Shown piece after piece: positions 15,173-30,713 of a stretch of DNA of 64,000 bases (positions are counted from its first letter, which is position 1; every line of letters begins with the position of its first letter). The translations under genes and the position numbers were made by a program. The stretch lies in assembly GCF_009914755.1 (NCBI RefSeq), contig NC_060940.1; one strand, written 5' to 3'. The DNA is from the human T2T-CHM13v2.0 reference genome, Homo sapiens. Under the pieces are notes generated by a model. That model was not told where the DNA came from. It did not search any database and was given only the letters and a program-made list of their open reading frames with translations.

Positions 15173-16569
15173 AGATGACACCTCTTAATTTTGTCCCCTG
15201 CTCACACAACTCAGAGACGCATTCCACATGGATCCTTAGATATTCTTAGAGATGTAGAAGCTCAGATGCCCATAATGAGGACTAGTTTTATAATACACCC
15301 TTAGACTGGCTTTTTGTTCTTCCCTCTTTACCCTATCTAATTCCTCACTCCTAATCCCTAGGATCACTTCCTGAAATAAAATAACTACACTTATACACCC
15401 ACTCGAACCCACAGAATATAGAAATATATGTGTATTGTTATATTAGAGTTGGCAAATGAGATGTTTACTTCCAGCAATTTCCCCCTACCATGACCACAGC
15501 ATCCCTTATTATGCCTGTATGTTGCCATGAACAAGGAGCCTCTGAATCTTTTTCTATATAGCATGTTTGAAAATTGCTACTAAATATCCAAAGTCACCAC
15601 TGGAAATAAAAATCTCTGTCATAGCCAGTAACTCCAATACTATGTAAGCCTAAATGTAATGCGTGTGTGGCGAGAGATGGGAGAGGATAAGTGCTCACAG
15701 GCATACACATATACTATGGCATCACACAAAATTTATTTTGAATTACGTTTTATTATTGAATACATTCAAAATATAATTTTATATTACATAGTGACATATA
15801 TTGTTATAGTGCATGTAATATAATTATTTGAAAACTGGCTATGTATATACATGGATACATATATATGTACATATCCACAATGGTTGAGTTAGCATTCAAC
15901 ATCAAAGAAACCACAAAACAGAGAAATTCAAAATAGAACAAAAATACTAATACAAAGCAGTGATATAATTTTGATCAAGCCTATGAAATTAGATTTAATT
16001 ATTAGAATTCATTTTGTTTAATATTCATTCTTAGGTTCTCATATTTTAAAATTGTGAATGTTTTTCTTCATTTTTTTGGACTGAGAAACAAGGGTAATGT
16101 GAAACACAATGCAGTATGGGGTTGCCGTTTTGTGGTACTATTAGTTAATTCAGTTAGCACAATGTCTTCTCTCAGGAAACAGCAAGACAGTGTTTATCAG
16201 TCAGGTCCTAATATAACTGGCATCATCAGGCTTAATAGACAATATATTCTACTACAAGTTTAAAGAAGATACAGACATGCTCTTCAAAATGATGTCTCTT
16301 ATACTCACCTTCCATAAAATCTGATGTCATAATATTATATCTTTACTCTGTGAAGGTATTTTCCTGTCGGCTGCAGGAATTATGTCTTCTAGTGCCATAA
16401 AATCTGTCCTTGATCCACAAAAGAGAGGCTTCTAGAGAAAATATAGTCTCTCAACACGAGTTGGAGTGATGAAGAGATTATGGGGCCTACAGTAAGACTC
16501 TCATATGTCTAAGTCTGGGATGTGTGTATATGTGTGTGTGTCCTTCTTTGACCCTCTGTCTCATTCTCA

Positions 16570-17450
16570 GTAGTATTTTTATTGCTCCTGTAATGAATTA
16601 CCAAAAACTTACTGGCTTAAAACATCACAAATTTACTACAGTATGGTTCTTCAGGCCAGAAGTCAGATGCAGGTTTCACTGGACTAAAATCAGCATGTTG
16701 GCAGAACTACATTTATTATTGGAGGCCCTGGGAGATAATTTTTTTTCTTGTCCATTCTATCTTCTAAAGCCCATCTACACTTATTTTTCCTGTCTCCCTT
16801 GCTCTATCTTTGAGATCAGTAACGGCATTTTCCTTATCATTATTTTATACTTATATTGTTCTCTGATCATGGCTGAGAATGGTTCCCTTCTTTCATGGAC
16901 CTGTGTAATTAGAAATCTCACTCAAAATAATCTTCTCATCTCATAGTCTACATATTATTCCATTCTTGCACTGCTATAAGGATATACCTGAGACTGGATG
17001 ATTTATAAAGGGAAGAGGTTTAATTGGCTCACAGTTCTACAAGCTGTACAGGAAGCATGGCTGGGAAAGCCTCAGGAAACTTAGAATCATGGTAGAAGAC
17101 AAAGGGGAAGCAGGCACGTCTTACATAGCCAGAATAAAAGGAAAAGAAGAGGAAGGAGTGCCAGACACTTTTAAACAAACAGATCTCATGAGAACTCTAT
17201 CATAAGAACAGCACCAAAGGGGGAAATCTGCCTCCAAGATCCAATAACCTCCTACAAGGCCCCACCTCCAACACTGGGGATTAGAATTCAACATGAGATT
17301 TGTGTGGAGACACACAGATCCAAACCATATCAGTCTACAACCTTAATCACATCTGAAAAATTACTTTTTCCATGTAAGATAACATATTCATAGGGTCTGT
17401 GGATTCGTGTGTGGACATCTTTGGAGAAAGGACATGAGTCTACCTATCAT
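16570..17450 (-). mobile_element. MLT1-type MaLR LTR interrupted by an MST LTR
   Basis: attgctcctgtaatgaattaccaaaaacttactggcttaaaac start; resumes at 17338 with accttaatcacatctg. Confidence 0.75.
16951..17332 (-). mobile_element. MSTA/MSTB-type MaLR solo LTR
   Basis: Characteristic body (acctgagactgg...ggtttaattggctcacagttc) ending caaaccatatca; 5-bp TSD GTCTA on both sides. Confidence 0.9.
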
Positions 17451-18746
17451 ATCAATATGGAGACTAAAAATATCTGTCTTATTAAACTACATGGTTGATT
17501 TAATCAGATGATTTGGGTAAAGTGCCTACCATACTCTAGCCTACACTGGGTGATTTATAGGTGTAAGCAATTTTTCCAATTTTCCTCATTTCCTTTTAGG
17601 TACTTAAACACTATGAAGTTTTTATGAGGCAGACATATAAGAATACTGGTGCATGTTAAAAACCATGTGTCATATTCCTGGGTGATGATACTAACCTAGA
17701 ACAGACACAGATTAAGAAGTGAGAAAAAAATATTCATTTAGTCAAATAGAAACATTCATGTGCACAAAGGTTGTAAATTCACTAAGGAAGAACAATGTAA
17801 AAATATATTGATACTTTTTACCCACATCATTCTTATGATCTCACTGTTAATAGTCTATTTTTATATATTTCAAAACTATATAGAGCCATTCTTGGGAAGC
17901 AGTAATTTTTTTTCTTATTTATTATAGTATTTCTGTACCAAATGTTGTATGTGAGCATGTGTGTACTTCTGCAATACTTTTATCATAATTACTACAGATA
18001 TATTTATATAACATACAGCATTTTATATAATGGTTCTTATAATGCATAAATATATGTTAAGCAAGGTAGTGCAATATAAAAATACACACATGTATATGTA
18101 TGTATGTACTCTGTGTTTGATTTATTCACATATACCTGTGTTTGAGTTCTCCATCTGTTCATAAATAATTCAGTGTGTTAGAACAACATTTTGCATACAT
18201 TAAATTCATAATATTTAGCTGTTATATCTGTGTGTTTATATATATACATATATATCTATATGAGTTTATAGACACACACTTTCTTTTTCACCTTTTAAGT
18301 GTCATGGCTTTTGTTCTTGCCAGCTCCCCAAATCATGAAATATAGTAAAATGGTTGTGGTTTCAAGCTGTTAACTATTGGCGTCATTTATTTCATAGTGA
18401 TTGATAATGATATAAGGTTGAAGTCAAGAATGGTATTGAATTCCTAAGCAGTCAGTCCACAGGAGATGATGGAATGAAAGATAGTATTTCAGGCCATTGG
18501 TTAAAGACAAGTAGAGATTAGAAGAAAAAGATCATGCATTCTCAAAATGGAAAAAATTGAACCCTATGTTTTAAATTCAGTTTTAAAGAAAACTGGCTAT
18601 TTGAAACTTCAACATAGTACAGATACATAAATGTGAAAGATAGGATGTGTGCTATATTTTCTACGTTGGGTCTAAGTAGGTTCTTTAGGAAAGAAAGAAA
18701 GAAGAGGGAGAAAGGAAATAAAGAGAGAAATTAAGAAAGTCATGCA

Positions 18747-19038
18747 GGGCAGGTACAGTGATTCACACCTGTTTTCTCAGCACTTCAGGAGGCTGAAGTG
18801 GGAGGATCACTTGAGACCAGGAATTCGAGGCCAGCCTGGGCAACATAGCAAGACTTTGTCTCTACTAAAAAATATTTTAACAAGAAATTAATTGGTCTTG
18901 ACAGTGCATTTCTGTAGTTTCAGCTACTCAGAAGCTGAGGCAGGAGCATCACTGAGCCCAGGAATTCAAGGTTGGAGTGAGCTATGATCATGATTACACC
19001 ACTGCACTCCAGCCTGGGAAAACAGGGGAGACCCTGTC

Positions 19039-19071
<33 letters not shown>

Positions 19072-19087
19072 AAAAGAAAAGTAAAAA
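18747..19087 (+). mobile_element. AluJ-like element
   Basis: Diverged Alu with long A tail. Confidence 0.9.
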
Positions 19088-19484
19088 ATGTGAGACAGAG
19101 GTTTTGAATGAGATGCAAATCAATACGTAGGTCAAATAAGCCAGGGTCTAAGTAATCAGTTTTCCATAAACTTAAAGGGCCAGTTCTTGCAATCTGTTAT
19201 AGATAGGATGCCATTTTCTTCTCTTTTTCTTTTTTGTACTTTTAAACCTTCCAGATGCACATGATATAATTCAGGCTTTTTAGAAATTGTGGTTCCTCTT
19301 GAAACCACAAGGATGCTGCTTTCAAATAAGTAGCTACTTTCAGTGTATTTAGCTGTTTCTTGAATGTATCCATCAAAATGTAATGGTAATTTAGCCCACA
19401 GTGCATGATAGAACATGGTTTGGAAACACCACTATTTATGTTGAGGACTCCTTCACTTGCAGCATATGCTGCTCCCTTTCCTTA

Positions 19485-19802
<318 letters not shown>

Positions 19803-19859
19803 AGAATCTCCTCTTTCCTTTTGCTTCTTCATGATAGACATATCATGAATTCATCCTCT

Positions 19860-20110
19860 TGTTGTTAAAAGTGAGTTTAGCATAGCCTACTGGATTCTGA
19901 GCTAGATTGCTCAGGCCCAAATTCTGTACCACTTACTGGCTGTAAGACCCTGGCAAAGTCATTTAATTTCTCTTTGCCTCTAATTTATATCTTAGTGGTC
20001 TAAAAATGGCATTGTTCCTTCAATACGCATGTTTATTAAAAGAAATGAAAGAGCTGATGTACATAAAACAGTTTGAAGGTACCAGGCTTGTAGTACGAAC
20101 TCAAAACACA
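19860..20110 (+). mobile_element. MIR
   Basis: accacttactggctgtaagaccctggcaaagtcatttaatttctctttgcctc core. Confidence 0.65.
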
Positions 20111-20909
20111 CAATATTATAGACTCAAAATCAATGTTTCTTTGAAGACTTCTCAGAATCCTCAAGTAAGTTTCATTCCCCATCATATTTTTCCACCATAG
20201 CACTTTTTAAAATCACACAGAGCAGGATTAAAACAAACTTTGTTGTCAAGCATTTGCTGTTTGACCTTGAAAAAGTAATTTAACAAACTCGAAGTTTGTT
20301 TTTTTTTTCCTACCCACATTACATCAACATTGTAAGAACTTATATAAAATATATAAAGGACCTTAAACCTTGAAGTCACCTAGTGGTGGATAGCTATTAT
20401 ACTGGCATTGCCAAAAGTTATAAGGCTTGGCTATTCATAGAAGCACATTATGGAGTCTTAGGAATAAATAATCCTGCTTAGACAGAATCACATTGTTATT
20501 CTGTTTTTTAAACAAAAGTAATTTAACGCCTTCCAGATAAGCTCAACTTTCATATGTTGTCACCTGAGGCCAGAGAGAGTATCGGTGGGAAACCAACTGG
20601 TATAAATAGATATGGTTATCTGCTCTCTAAGTGTCTTTGGGCCTGTGAATTGATGGCTCTATAGCCAGATTTCCCAAAGTTTGTAAGAGGGTTTCTGTTC
20701 TGCTGAAGCTTTTACCTGTGCATTAAAAAACTCAGAGTCACTTCCTTCATATAAGAAGTCTTAAGTTTGCCTTTTTACTCAAAGAGATCAATAAATCCAG
20801 CTCTTGATTTTATTCTAAGCATTCATTCGCCACTAATACAAAACTGAATGAAAAATACTTTTTTTCTTACTCTCAAAGAAGAAATCATCATCAGAACAAA
20901 AGGTTCCAC

Positions 20910-21150
20910 ATATTTAGTGCCAACAAAGCCATGTTGTTTCATGTGCATTATTTCATCTAATTCATACCAAGATCCTATGACTTTGATACTGTTATTATTT
21001 GCATCATGTAATAGAAGAGGCTCCTGAAACTTTTGTTTAAAAACCAGAATAGTAAATTAATATTCACAGCAAATAAGAGGTGGAAAAAAGATTTAAACTC
21101 AGTTCTTTCTTACTTCAAAACCCTGATTTTTCCATTAACTTACACTGTCT
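20910..21150 (-). mobile_element. MIR
   Basis: Diverged antisense MIR-like pattern. Confidence 0.5.
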
Positions 21151-22140
21151 TTCAAAAATAATAGTTAATTAGCACATATTACAGAGAAATAGAGCTGAAC
21201 TGGAGGTCAAATTATGTAAGCTAAATGCCCACACTTTATTTGTAAAGTGAAGAACCACTTGATAAGAGGATGACAGAAAAGGACAATTTGGTAAGAAGAC
21301 CTTTATCTGAGTTCAATTCTTAGGGCTAAAAACTAAAATGCGTGGGTAGGACATGTATTCTTGTCCCACATCCATGAATTATTACTATGTGAATTTAAGG
21401 TAGTTACTGATTTTCATAAGTTGTTTCCTCGGCAAGCTGACCTGTGACAAAAATTTGTGAGCAAGTTTTTCTTTTCTTCTTTTTTTTTTTTTGAATCATC
21501 CTAGATATCTTAGTAGGGAAATAGGAAGTCAATGCCGGTCACAGTGTAGGCAAACAGGGTTCAGTCCCACTTGAGACCTTTGGGAGTTTGCAAAGGACAA
21601 TTAAAACCTCATGTCTCCCAGGAAGAGTGAAGAAGCCGGAGCATTTCTCTACCAACTCCTGTCCATCACAGAGCAGGGAATGCTCTAGAAGTATTAATCC
21701 CTATCATTTCTGGGCTGCTCCATGGAGGTGAGCCTGCTCCAATTGCAAAACTCTCAGTCAAATGTCACAAGTTCTGGAAGCAGAAAACCATGAATGTATA
21801 TAAAAATGGTAAGTGCTAAGGACATACAGATAAGGTGCTGACATTGCCTATACTCACAAAATCCAAAATTTTCTGTCCATAAAACAGGAATAATAACTCA
21901 TGGTCTGTCCAGTGTAAATATTTTTCAGGCATAAATAACATGAATACTAAAATGGTTTGAAGGAAAAATTTTAACCAAATGCTATTTGTTGTTATTTTTG
22001 GTTAAATCATTAAGCTTTTGTGGTAGCAAAATCTTATTAAATTACCTTAAGTGGCTCCCTTCCATGATGACAAATCTAGCATTTCTCATTTCATCTCTTT
22101 GCTAAGCTGATGAGAGATACACATACGTGATTGTCTTCCT

Positions 22141-22429
<289 letters not shown>

Positions 22430-22674
22430 ATAAGTGATTGTCTTTCAAGGAATTTACTTTTGGACTTTTCAATTTAGGAGAAGAGTTTTTTCTTACGATA
22501 TGTTCAGGAAACAATTTAAAAAGACATTCTTGGGGAAGAATGCCTCAGTCATCTTTGGGTATCCCTGGTAAGTACTATATATGTTAAAGGTGATTCATAA
22601 ATATTTGATAGATACATGAATGAAATGTACAAAGTTTTATATGCTAAAGGCTTTAAAAGTGTGTACTTCTAAGT

Positions 22675-22974
22675 TTATTATTATTATTATTTTGTGACAG
22701 GGTCTCACTGTCCCCCAGGCTGGAGTTCAGTGGTGCGATCACAGTTCACTGCACCTTCCACCTCCTGGGCTCAAGTGATCCTTCGACCTCAATCTCCTGG
22801 GTAGCTAGGACTACTGGCATGCATCAACATGCCTGGCTAATTTTTAAATTAATTGTAGAGATGGGCCCCACCATGTTGCCCAGGCTGGGTCTTGAGCTCC
22901 TGGACTAAAGCGATCATTTCACCTGAGCCTCCCAAAGTGCTGGGATTTACAGGCGAGAGCCACTGTGCCCAGCC
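22675..22974 (-). mobile_element. AluJ-like element
   Basis: Diverged antisense Alu; TSD AAGTTTATTATT. Confidence 0.9.
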
Positions 22975-23585
22975 AAGTTTATTATTTTTAACATATTTGA
23001 TCATTACTTTTTTCTGACCTCCAATTTAGTGCTAGTATTTCATAAGAACATTTTTAAAATGGCTTTTCTTATACTTGATTCATTACAATCAAAGGAACAG
23101 GCATGCTCCCCACCTTGAACAAAGGAGAACTTGCCATCATTTGTTTATCTGAAAGATACTGCTGACATTTGATTGTTTACTGCTTAAAAGATTTAAAAGA
23201 TTATATTCCCACACCTGGAGAGATTCATAAAACTCTTGTTAACTCAGTTGTTGTATGTGCTCACAGTAGCCTATTGTCAAACACTGGGTAAACATATCTA
23301 AGTGATGTCAGAAACATTTTGGGGATCATAACCAATTTCCAAGGAATTAATTATGTTGTCAAACAATAAAATGTGTGTTGGAATGGATGGGACCTAGCAG
23401 CATCATGGTCTTCGTAAGCAATTTAAAATTTCAGGCATGAAATGGAGATTAGAAGAGGCTAAAGAATAGAGCCAAGGAGTCAAACATTGAGGCCCTTGAA
23501 AAACAAAAACATACCGAGCTGTTTTTGATACATAAAATTTAAGGGATTTTTAGCTTGGACATAATATATCTAAAATAATATTATG

Positions 23586-23951
<366 letters not shown>

Positions 23952-24234
23952 TTATATTATATGTTTCAGGTAGTAAAATTTTCCAGGCTAGCCATCAACT
24001 GCACCATTAAAACTAAAACTGGAAAAGATACATGATGTATTTCAGGCTCCGGCAATATGCAGTGCACCATGAGATCGCTAAGAGACGGGGAGCTCACAGG
24101 TGAGACCCATTGCTTAGATATCTATCTATGGGAAATTTCTCATCATATAGGGATAATGTCTGAGCAGGACACTGCTGTATTCTGAGCTGAGAACGTGGAG
24201 ATCAGAGATGGGGCAGCTGAGTCTGAGAGGTGTA

Positions 24235-24941
24235 TGTTACAGACTGAACATTTGTGTCCTCCCGTATTAGTCTGTTTCTGCTACTATAACATAAATACCT
24301 TAGACTCGCTGGTTTATAAACAACAGGAATTTATTTCTCATATTTCTGGAGTTTGGGAAGTTGAAGATCAAGGCACCGAAAAGTTTGGTGTTGGCGAGGG
24401 CCTGTTCCTCATTGATGACACGTTCTATGTGGGCTTACACAGCAGAAGGGTCAATGAAGCTCCCTTCAACCTCTTTTATAAGGGCACTTAATCACTTCCC
24501 ACAAGGTTTCTTCTCTTAATCTTAGCACTTTGAGCATTGTATTCCAACATTTGAATTTTGGGGGACAACAGTCAGATCATAACACTCCCCCCAAAAATTG
24601 GTATGTTGAAATCCTAACTCCCAATGTGATGGTATTAGGAGGTCGGGCCTTTGGGAGATAATTAAATTATTAAGGTAAAGACCTCATGAATGGGATTGGT
24701 GTCCTTACATAAGAGATCTTAGAGAGCCTCTGACCATTATTTTTCCCTGCCATGTCGGGATACAAAGAAAAGTCAGCAGTCTACAACCTGGAAAAGAGCC
24801 CTCAATAAACACACAATCTGCCAGTACCTTGATCTTGAACTTCCCAGCCTGCAAAACTGTGAGAAATAAATTTCTGATGTTTATAAGCCAACCAGTCTAT
24901 GACATTTTAATTTTTTATAGCAGCCCAAACTGACTAAGACA
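24235..24941 (+). mobile_element. MLT1A-like MaLR LTR interrupted by another MaLR LTR
   Basis: tgttacagactgaacatttgtgtcctccc start; resumes with tatgttgaaatcctaactcccaatgtgatgg; ends ctgactaagaca. Confidence 0.8.
24264..24584 (-). mobile_element. MST-type MaLR solo LTR (nested, antisense)
   Basis: gtattagtctgtttctgc...tcagatcataaca; 5-bp TSD CTCCC. Confidence 0.8.
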
Positions 24942-25399
24942 GTGGTGAACCAAAGAGGGCCCCAGAAATCCATATGGGGTCTCCCCCATGTTTGTTGCTG
25001 AGGGCTACATTGTGTATGTACAGAATGGATTACCTGAGCCTTACCAGAGTAAACTTCTGTAGATTTGAAAGCAGGGGAGATATTAGTCATCAGGCAGTGC
25101 TTAGAGAAGGGTAATGGGAAAGGACATGGGATCCTGTCCCTGGCAGAGTGGACAGGATCCTGTATTAACTTATTTCCAATATGGCAATATTTAGGATACA
25201 ATAAAGGCTGTGACTTCAGAGTAAAGATCACACAGACAAGTAAGATGTATTCTCCGCATAAAGAAAGCCTAAAATTAAGACTTGGTAAGATTTTTAGCTT
25301 AGATAAAGTGCCATTCACTCCTTCAGAAGTTAAATACCTTGCTCTTTCTATAGATGCCCACTAATAAAATATAAAAACTAACATATACAAGGTAATCAG

Positions 25400-26001
25400 A
25401 CCATAATTGAACATATAATTTCAACATACACTTTTGCCATAAGGTAAAAACAACCCATATTTCAGTCAACAGATGAATGCATAAGGATATCATGGTGTTT
25501 CCATATAATGAAATACTACTCAGCAATATAAAGGAAAGAAATACTGATTGCCAAGACAAAACAAATAAACCTCAGAAACATTATGCAGAGTGAAGGAAGC
25601 AAAACACAAAGCATAAACACTGTATGATTCACTTATATGGACTCTCAAAAAGACAAAGTAATATAGGAACCAAAAGCAGACAAGTGGTTTACTAGTTTAG
25701 TTTTGTCTCATTTGTTTTTTGTGACACTGAGTATGTTGAAAGTGAAGAGATGCACAATTTATTTTCATGGTTAAACAAATGTTACATATCTTGACTACAG
25801 TGGTGAAAACATGGGTTTTATGGACCGAATTGTGTACCCCCAGAACTCATAAGTTGAAGCTCTAACCCAAAACATTACTGTATTTGGAAATCTGGCCTCT
25901 ATGGAAGTAATTAAAGCTAAATGAAATCATAAGGATGTGGCCTTCATTCTGTAGGATTAGTATACTTATAAAGAGGCATCAGGTTCTTATTTCTCTCTGT
26001 G

Positions 26002-26033
<32 letters not shown>

Positions 26034-26300
26034 ATAAGGACACAGAGAGAAGGTGGCTGTCTGCAAATGAGGAACAAAGACTTCACTGAAAACTGAACCT
26101 CGATCTTAGATTTCTAGCCTCCAGAACTGTGTGAAAATAAATATTTGTCATTTAAGCCACCCAGCCTATGATACTTTTGTTATGGCAGCCCAAGGTGGTG
26201 AATACAATGGGCAACTACATTTATTAAGACATATTAAACACTTTTTAAATGTGTGTGAATTTTATTATATATTAACTATACTTCAATAAAATTGATTAAA
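25400..26300 (+). mobile_element. Old L1M 3' end fragment interrupted by an MLT1 LTR (~25810-26205)
   Basis: aatgaaatactactcagcaat...tgtatgattcacttata and terminal tatacttcaataaaattg; MLT1A/B-like body in between. Confidence 0.65.
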
Positions 26301-26329
26301 AGATGCTCTAAGGACAGCACACTGTTAGC

Positions 26330-27100
26330 AATGTGATTGAATGAGAAATAAAGCTGGAGATGGCTGCACAATGCCTAGTTATTGTCTGTATAGAAGTTCA
26401 ATGGAAAGGACCAAACAACAACAAAACTAATCTGGAATTTTGGCAGAAGGAAGAAAATGGGCACAAAACCCCTACAATATCCAGAAGTTATAATCACTAT
26501 ATTTTACAGTTTGACAGGCTGGGTTGTGATGAAGAAGATGAATGGGTTTTGAGTGGTATCCAAGCTTCAGGATTAAATGACTAAGTGAATGATAATGACA
26601 TTATTTGAAATACGGGGAACCATGTAACTTGCAGGTGGAAAGGAAGGTGCATTTATTTTGGGTATAATGGATTTGAGTGGCCTTGGGATGTTCGAAAAGA
26701 GATGACTCTGTGGCACTGACTATAGAGCTTTGAATTTCAGAAAAAAAAATATTGTACCTGCCTATAAATTACAAAGTCATTAGCATAAAACTGAGAATTA
26801 TAATCATAAGAGTGAATGAGATCACCCAGTTGGAGATGCTAGAAAAAAGGACAGAAATTAGCTGTGAACACATAAAAATATGAATATTTAGGAGACAGGC
26901 AGAGGAAGTCAAGTCCATGAAGGAAGCAAAGAAAGATAAAAGAGTGAATTTAAATAAAGGTAGTGTCACAGAAGTCAAGAGAATAGAGAATTTTGAGGAG
27001 GACAACATCAATAATGTCAAAAGCAACGGAAAAACCTACTAAAAGAGTCCATTTAGATCTAAAACACATTTATTGGATTTGGCTCTAAGAACTGGGAATG
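26330..27100 (-). mobile_element. L2 fragment
   Basis: Purine-rich antisense L2-like sequence (gtgaatgagatcaccc, gtgtcacagaagtcaagag). Confidence 0.55.
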
Positions 27101-27643
27101 GCCAAGGACAAAAGAAAGAAATCCTGGGCTAAAAGCTAAGTTATCCGCATTCACATCCAGACTCTAGGTAATTGCTGTGCAGTACAGAACAAATTCCTTT
27201 GCCCCCGTGAATCTGAACACCCTCTTCTTCAAAATGAGATGATGAAATATAGGTTGTAGGAAGGATGAAATGCAATAATGATCATGGGAACATTTTCTTC
27301 CTTCTGATGTTTTACCCATATAAGCTATTTAATGTACTTCTCTACTTTGTGAGGAAGGAATAATGAATGAGAAATATATTCATTTTAAGTTCATCAATCA
27401 GGAGAAGCTAGACTATGCTGCAGTAACTAAATATCAAACTTCTTCATAGCTTAACACAATTAAACTTTATTTTAAACTATATTAAGCTTTATATTTTCAA
27501 CACAAGTTGGTAGTGGGTTTGTGTCCACACATCACCCTATGCCATTTTATGATGCAATCACACACATGTGCCGTGACGTTCACTGTGACACAGAAAGAGA
27601 AAGCTGAAAAATCAAATATTGTCAATTAAATGCTTTGGCCTGG

Positions 27644-28385
27644 TGAAACAGGTAAATTCCCTGATCCCCCTCACAGGTTGGGTGGCGGGGGTGTGGCCTA
27701 CCTGTTTGGTCACTGCTGCTGCTGCTCAAAGCCCTGACGAGAAGGGGAACATACAGAGGAACAGGTGCAGGAGCCTAAGTGGGCATGTGTTACAGTGTGC
27801 CTGCAGTCCATGGATGGCTTGAGTGTTAACCAGTTCAGTGGACGCTCTGCCTTTCTGCAAGGGCAGAGGGCCAGTGTGACAGCCTTCTGTATCCTGAGCT
27901 CTTGTCCAGCGTCCTGGAGGAATTTGTTCACACACGGACTGAAAGGATGGATACGGGGGTTTTATTGAGTGGTGGAGGTGGCTCTTGGCAGCATGGATGG
28001 GGAGCCAGAAATGGTGATGGAGTGGGGAGATGATCTTCTTCTGGAGCCTGGCCGTCTAACAGTCAAACTCCTCTCCCACCACCCCCAGCTGAATTCCTCT
28101 CAGCATTCAGATGTTCCTCCTCCTCTCTCTTTCTCTGTCACATCATTCTGCCCTTTATCTGCATGCCTCCTTGTCTCTTTGTCTGCTCATCTGCCTCTGG
28201 AACCTGGGGTTCAGAGTTTATATGGGTACAGGATAGGGGGCAAGGTGGACAAAAGGCAACTGTGGGGCATAAAACAGAAACACCTGTCCCTATGTAGGGC
28301 CGTGGGTCTCCAGGCTTGAAGGTGGGTCTTTTCTCAGGGGACTACTCTCTTCTACCCATTGTTTCTCTGTCTCCTGTCCATATCA
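27644..28385 (-). mobile_element. ERV1 solo LTR, LTR1/LTR28/MER52 group (size fits LTR1)
   Basis: Reverse complement begins TGATATGGACAGGAGACAGAGAAACAATGGGTAGAAGAG; TG...CA termini; flanks CTGG/ATGG match 3 of 4. Confidence 0.8.
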
Positions 28386-30713
28386 ATGGAAGTGGCAGGC
28401 CACTTCTTCTCATGTATTCTATTGACAAAATATTAGATATTTAATCATCCCAATTTCAGGAAATTAGGAAATTTTAATTTTCCCATGTACTTTCAAGAAG
28501 ACAAGAACTATAATTTTTATGGATACCTAGAACTTCTATTACAATACCCTAAAATAGTATTATAATTTATGGTCACTAGAAAGACATTAAAAGAGATGTA
28601 CATAATTATGGCCTCATTCAATGCAGGACAACATTCAATGTCCTTAATGTTGTTACTTCCAATATTTAACAATGTCCTTCGACTTTTCAGAAAAGCTTAA
28701 TCTTTCCACTTATGTTGTATATGAGTTGACTGGTCATACAGAAAGACTTTATAGTACCGTGGAAAGAACATGGATGTTGGGTAAAATATGCATGCATATG
28801 AATTCTAGATACATGTTGTAACTATAGGCAAAATATTTAAACTCTCCAAAATTTGTCATTTTATTTGCATCATAAAGATAATATATAAACTTCAGAATTT
28901 TTTGCCTGAAAATGAAATGAGGCAAATAAAATTACTGAGTATGATACCTTGCACAGAATTAGTAAAGTACTTCCTCCATTTACCTTTTTTCCCCCTACCA
29001 CCCCTAATCTAGTCAGACCCATTGGGTTTAGAGATGATTGAGAACCTTGTTTAGTATGTCCACTTATAGAATGAGTTCATTTCACCTTCCTTGAGGAGTT
29101 GATTGAAAGTTGCATTAAATAAATGTATTTTGAATTCTAAGAGAGTTATACCTTTGGGCCATGTTCCACCTTTCTCTAGCTCCGAAGGATGTACTTCATA
29201 GGCAAGAAGGACAGATTGTTATCTCTGAGATAGCGAGTTTCTGATTTAGAAGGACTTACAGATGCATGCTCTTTGGCTTACTCTTCTGTGCCTTTTGTGG
29301 AACTGGTGAGAGTTAGACTATGAAGCTCTATGGCAATGCTATCCCAGATCTTAGGCATCATTTACCTAGTCTACCATGCACACTTTACTCATACACTTCC
29401 ACAGGCAGGCACTAGGAGCAGAGATGTGGAATGCATTTGAAAAAAAGTTTTATTATGGTTTGTGTGCTGCTTTAATTTAATCCCAATTTTCCCTGAAACC
29501 ATGAAAATGTCAACATTTCAATCAAAATTTTAGGTCAAGCACTTTGATTGTTAATAACCAGGTTGTTAACCAGTCAGTTATTTGGTGTGTTACCGAATTA
29601 CTGAAATCATGGAAAGCAACACTTATCTTTTTGTTGTAAAAGGAAATCGGCTTTTTGAGGGAAAACAATTATATCGCTTCCCATAGCTCCTTCAGGTTCT
29701 CGTATAACTTGTTCTACTGCATTATCTCAGCAGTGACTGTTGATAAAATGGCAAGCATCTTCTTAAAACCCAAGAAGCATGGTTGGCAAATGATACTGCT
29801 TTAGTGGGACACAGATGCCCTCTCTTGATATTTGGCCATTTGATATATGTCTGACATCTGGGCTTTGACCAATTTAACACATAATTATATATCTAAAGTT
29901 AGGAAAGAGATACTCAAAAGTAAGTCTTGCTCCTGTTTCCAAACACTCAGAATCAAGAATCAAGGACCAGGCATGTCCCAACAGACTGTCACTGATCTAC
30001 ATCAACAGTAATTCAAGCTCCCTGGAGGGAAATCACCTCTTTGTGTGTTTTTTGGAAAATAAGTAATTTGTATTATTACTCTAAAAATGTAGTTGAAGTA
30101 TAAAGATGCAGTTACCCCTTTTCATTGCAATAACTTACCCAAGTAACATATCACAAACTAAATAAAACACAGATTTTTAAAAGACGCTCAACACTTAAAA
30201 AAATTTAACCAATTTACATTAACATTTTTATGACAATATCACCTTCAATTTTAAAAGCAACTGTAAATAGAAACCACTGTGAACACAAAGTCCAGATTCA
30301 TTTTCACAAATATTTTTCTTCATTGTTTTTTAAAGAGATAAAAAGTAACCCACGTATATTCAAATTAAACGGGTTTTTAATTAATTGAAAGCTGAAGGGT
30401 TGATTAATAAGAAGTACGGACTAATCCTTCTAATCCTTAAGCAGATTATCTAGAAATAGATTTCTGATGGTCATAGACAGTGCATCACAAAAATACTGGA
30501 GTGCCTGTTTTAAAAAATGTAACTGTGCTTTAAAAAATAAACAAACAAAATCCTGCAACCAAAACCAAACAACTCCACAGTATTTGCTAAAATATAAATA
30601 ATTCAAATTTAATTGATAAACTACATGCTTAATTGTAGTATTATGTTACAGTGACAGAAGTTGATCATTGTCATCTCTGGAATTTTTTCTAGAGTTGTTC
30701 TTTATTACTGAGC

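Noticed and set aside
15835-15880. Quasi-palindromic AT-rich stretch
   Set aside because: Low-complexity (TA/CA) sequence is self-complementary by composition.
16524-16946. 140-aa ORF
   Set aside because: It lies almost entirely within an MLT1 LTR and has no recognisable domain.
24881-25364. Overlapping 145-aa and 99-aa ORFs
   Set aside because: No recognisable homology; partly LTR-derived and of a length expected by chance.
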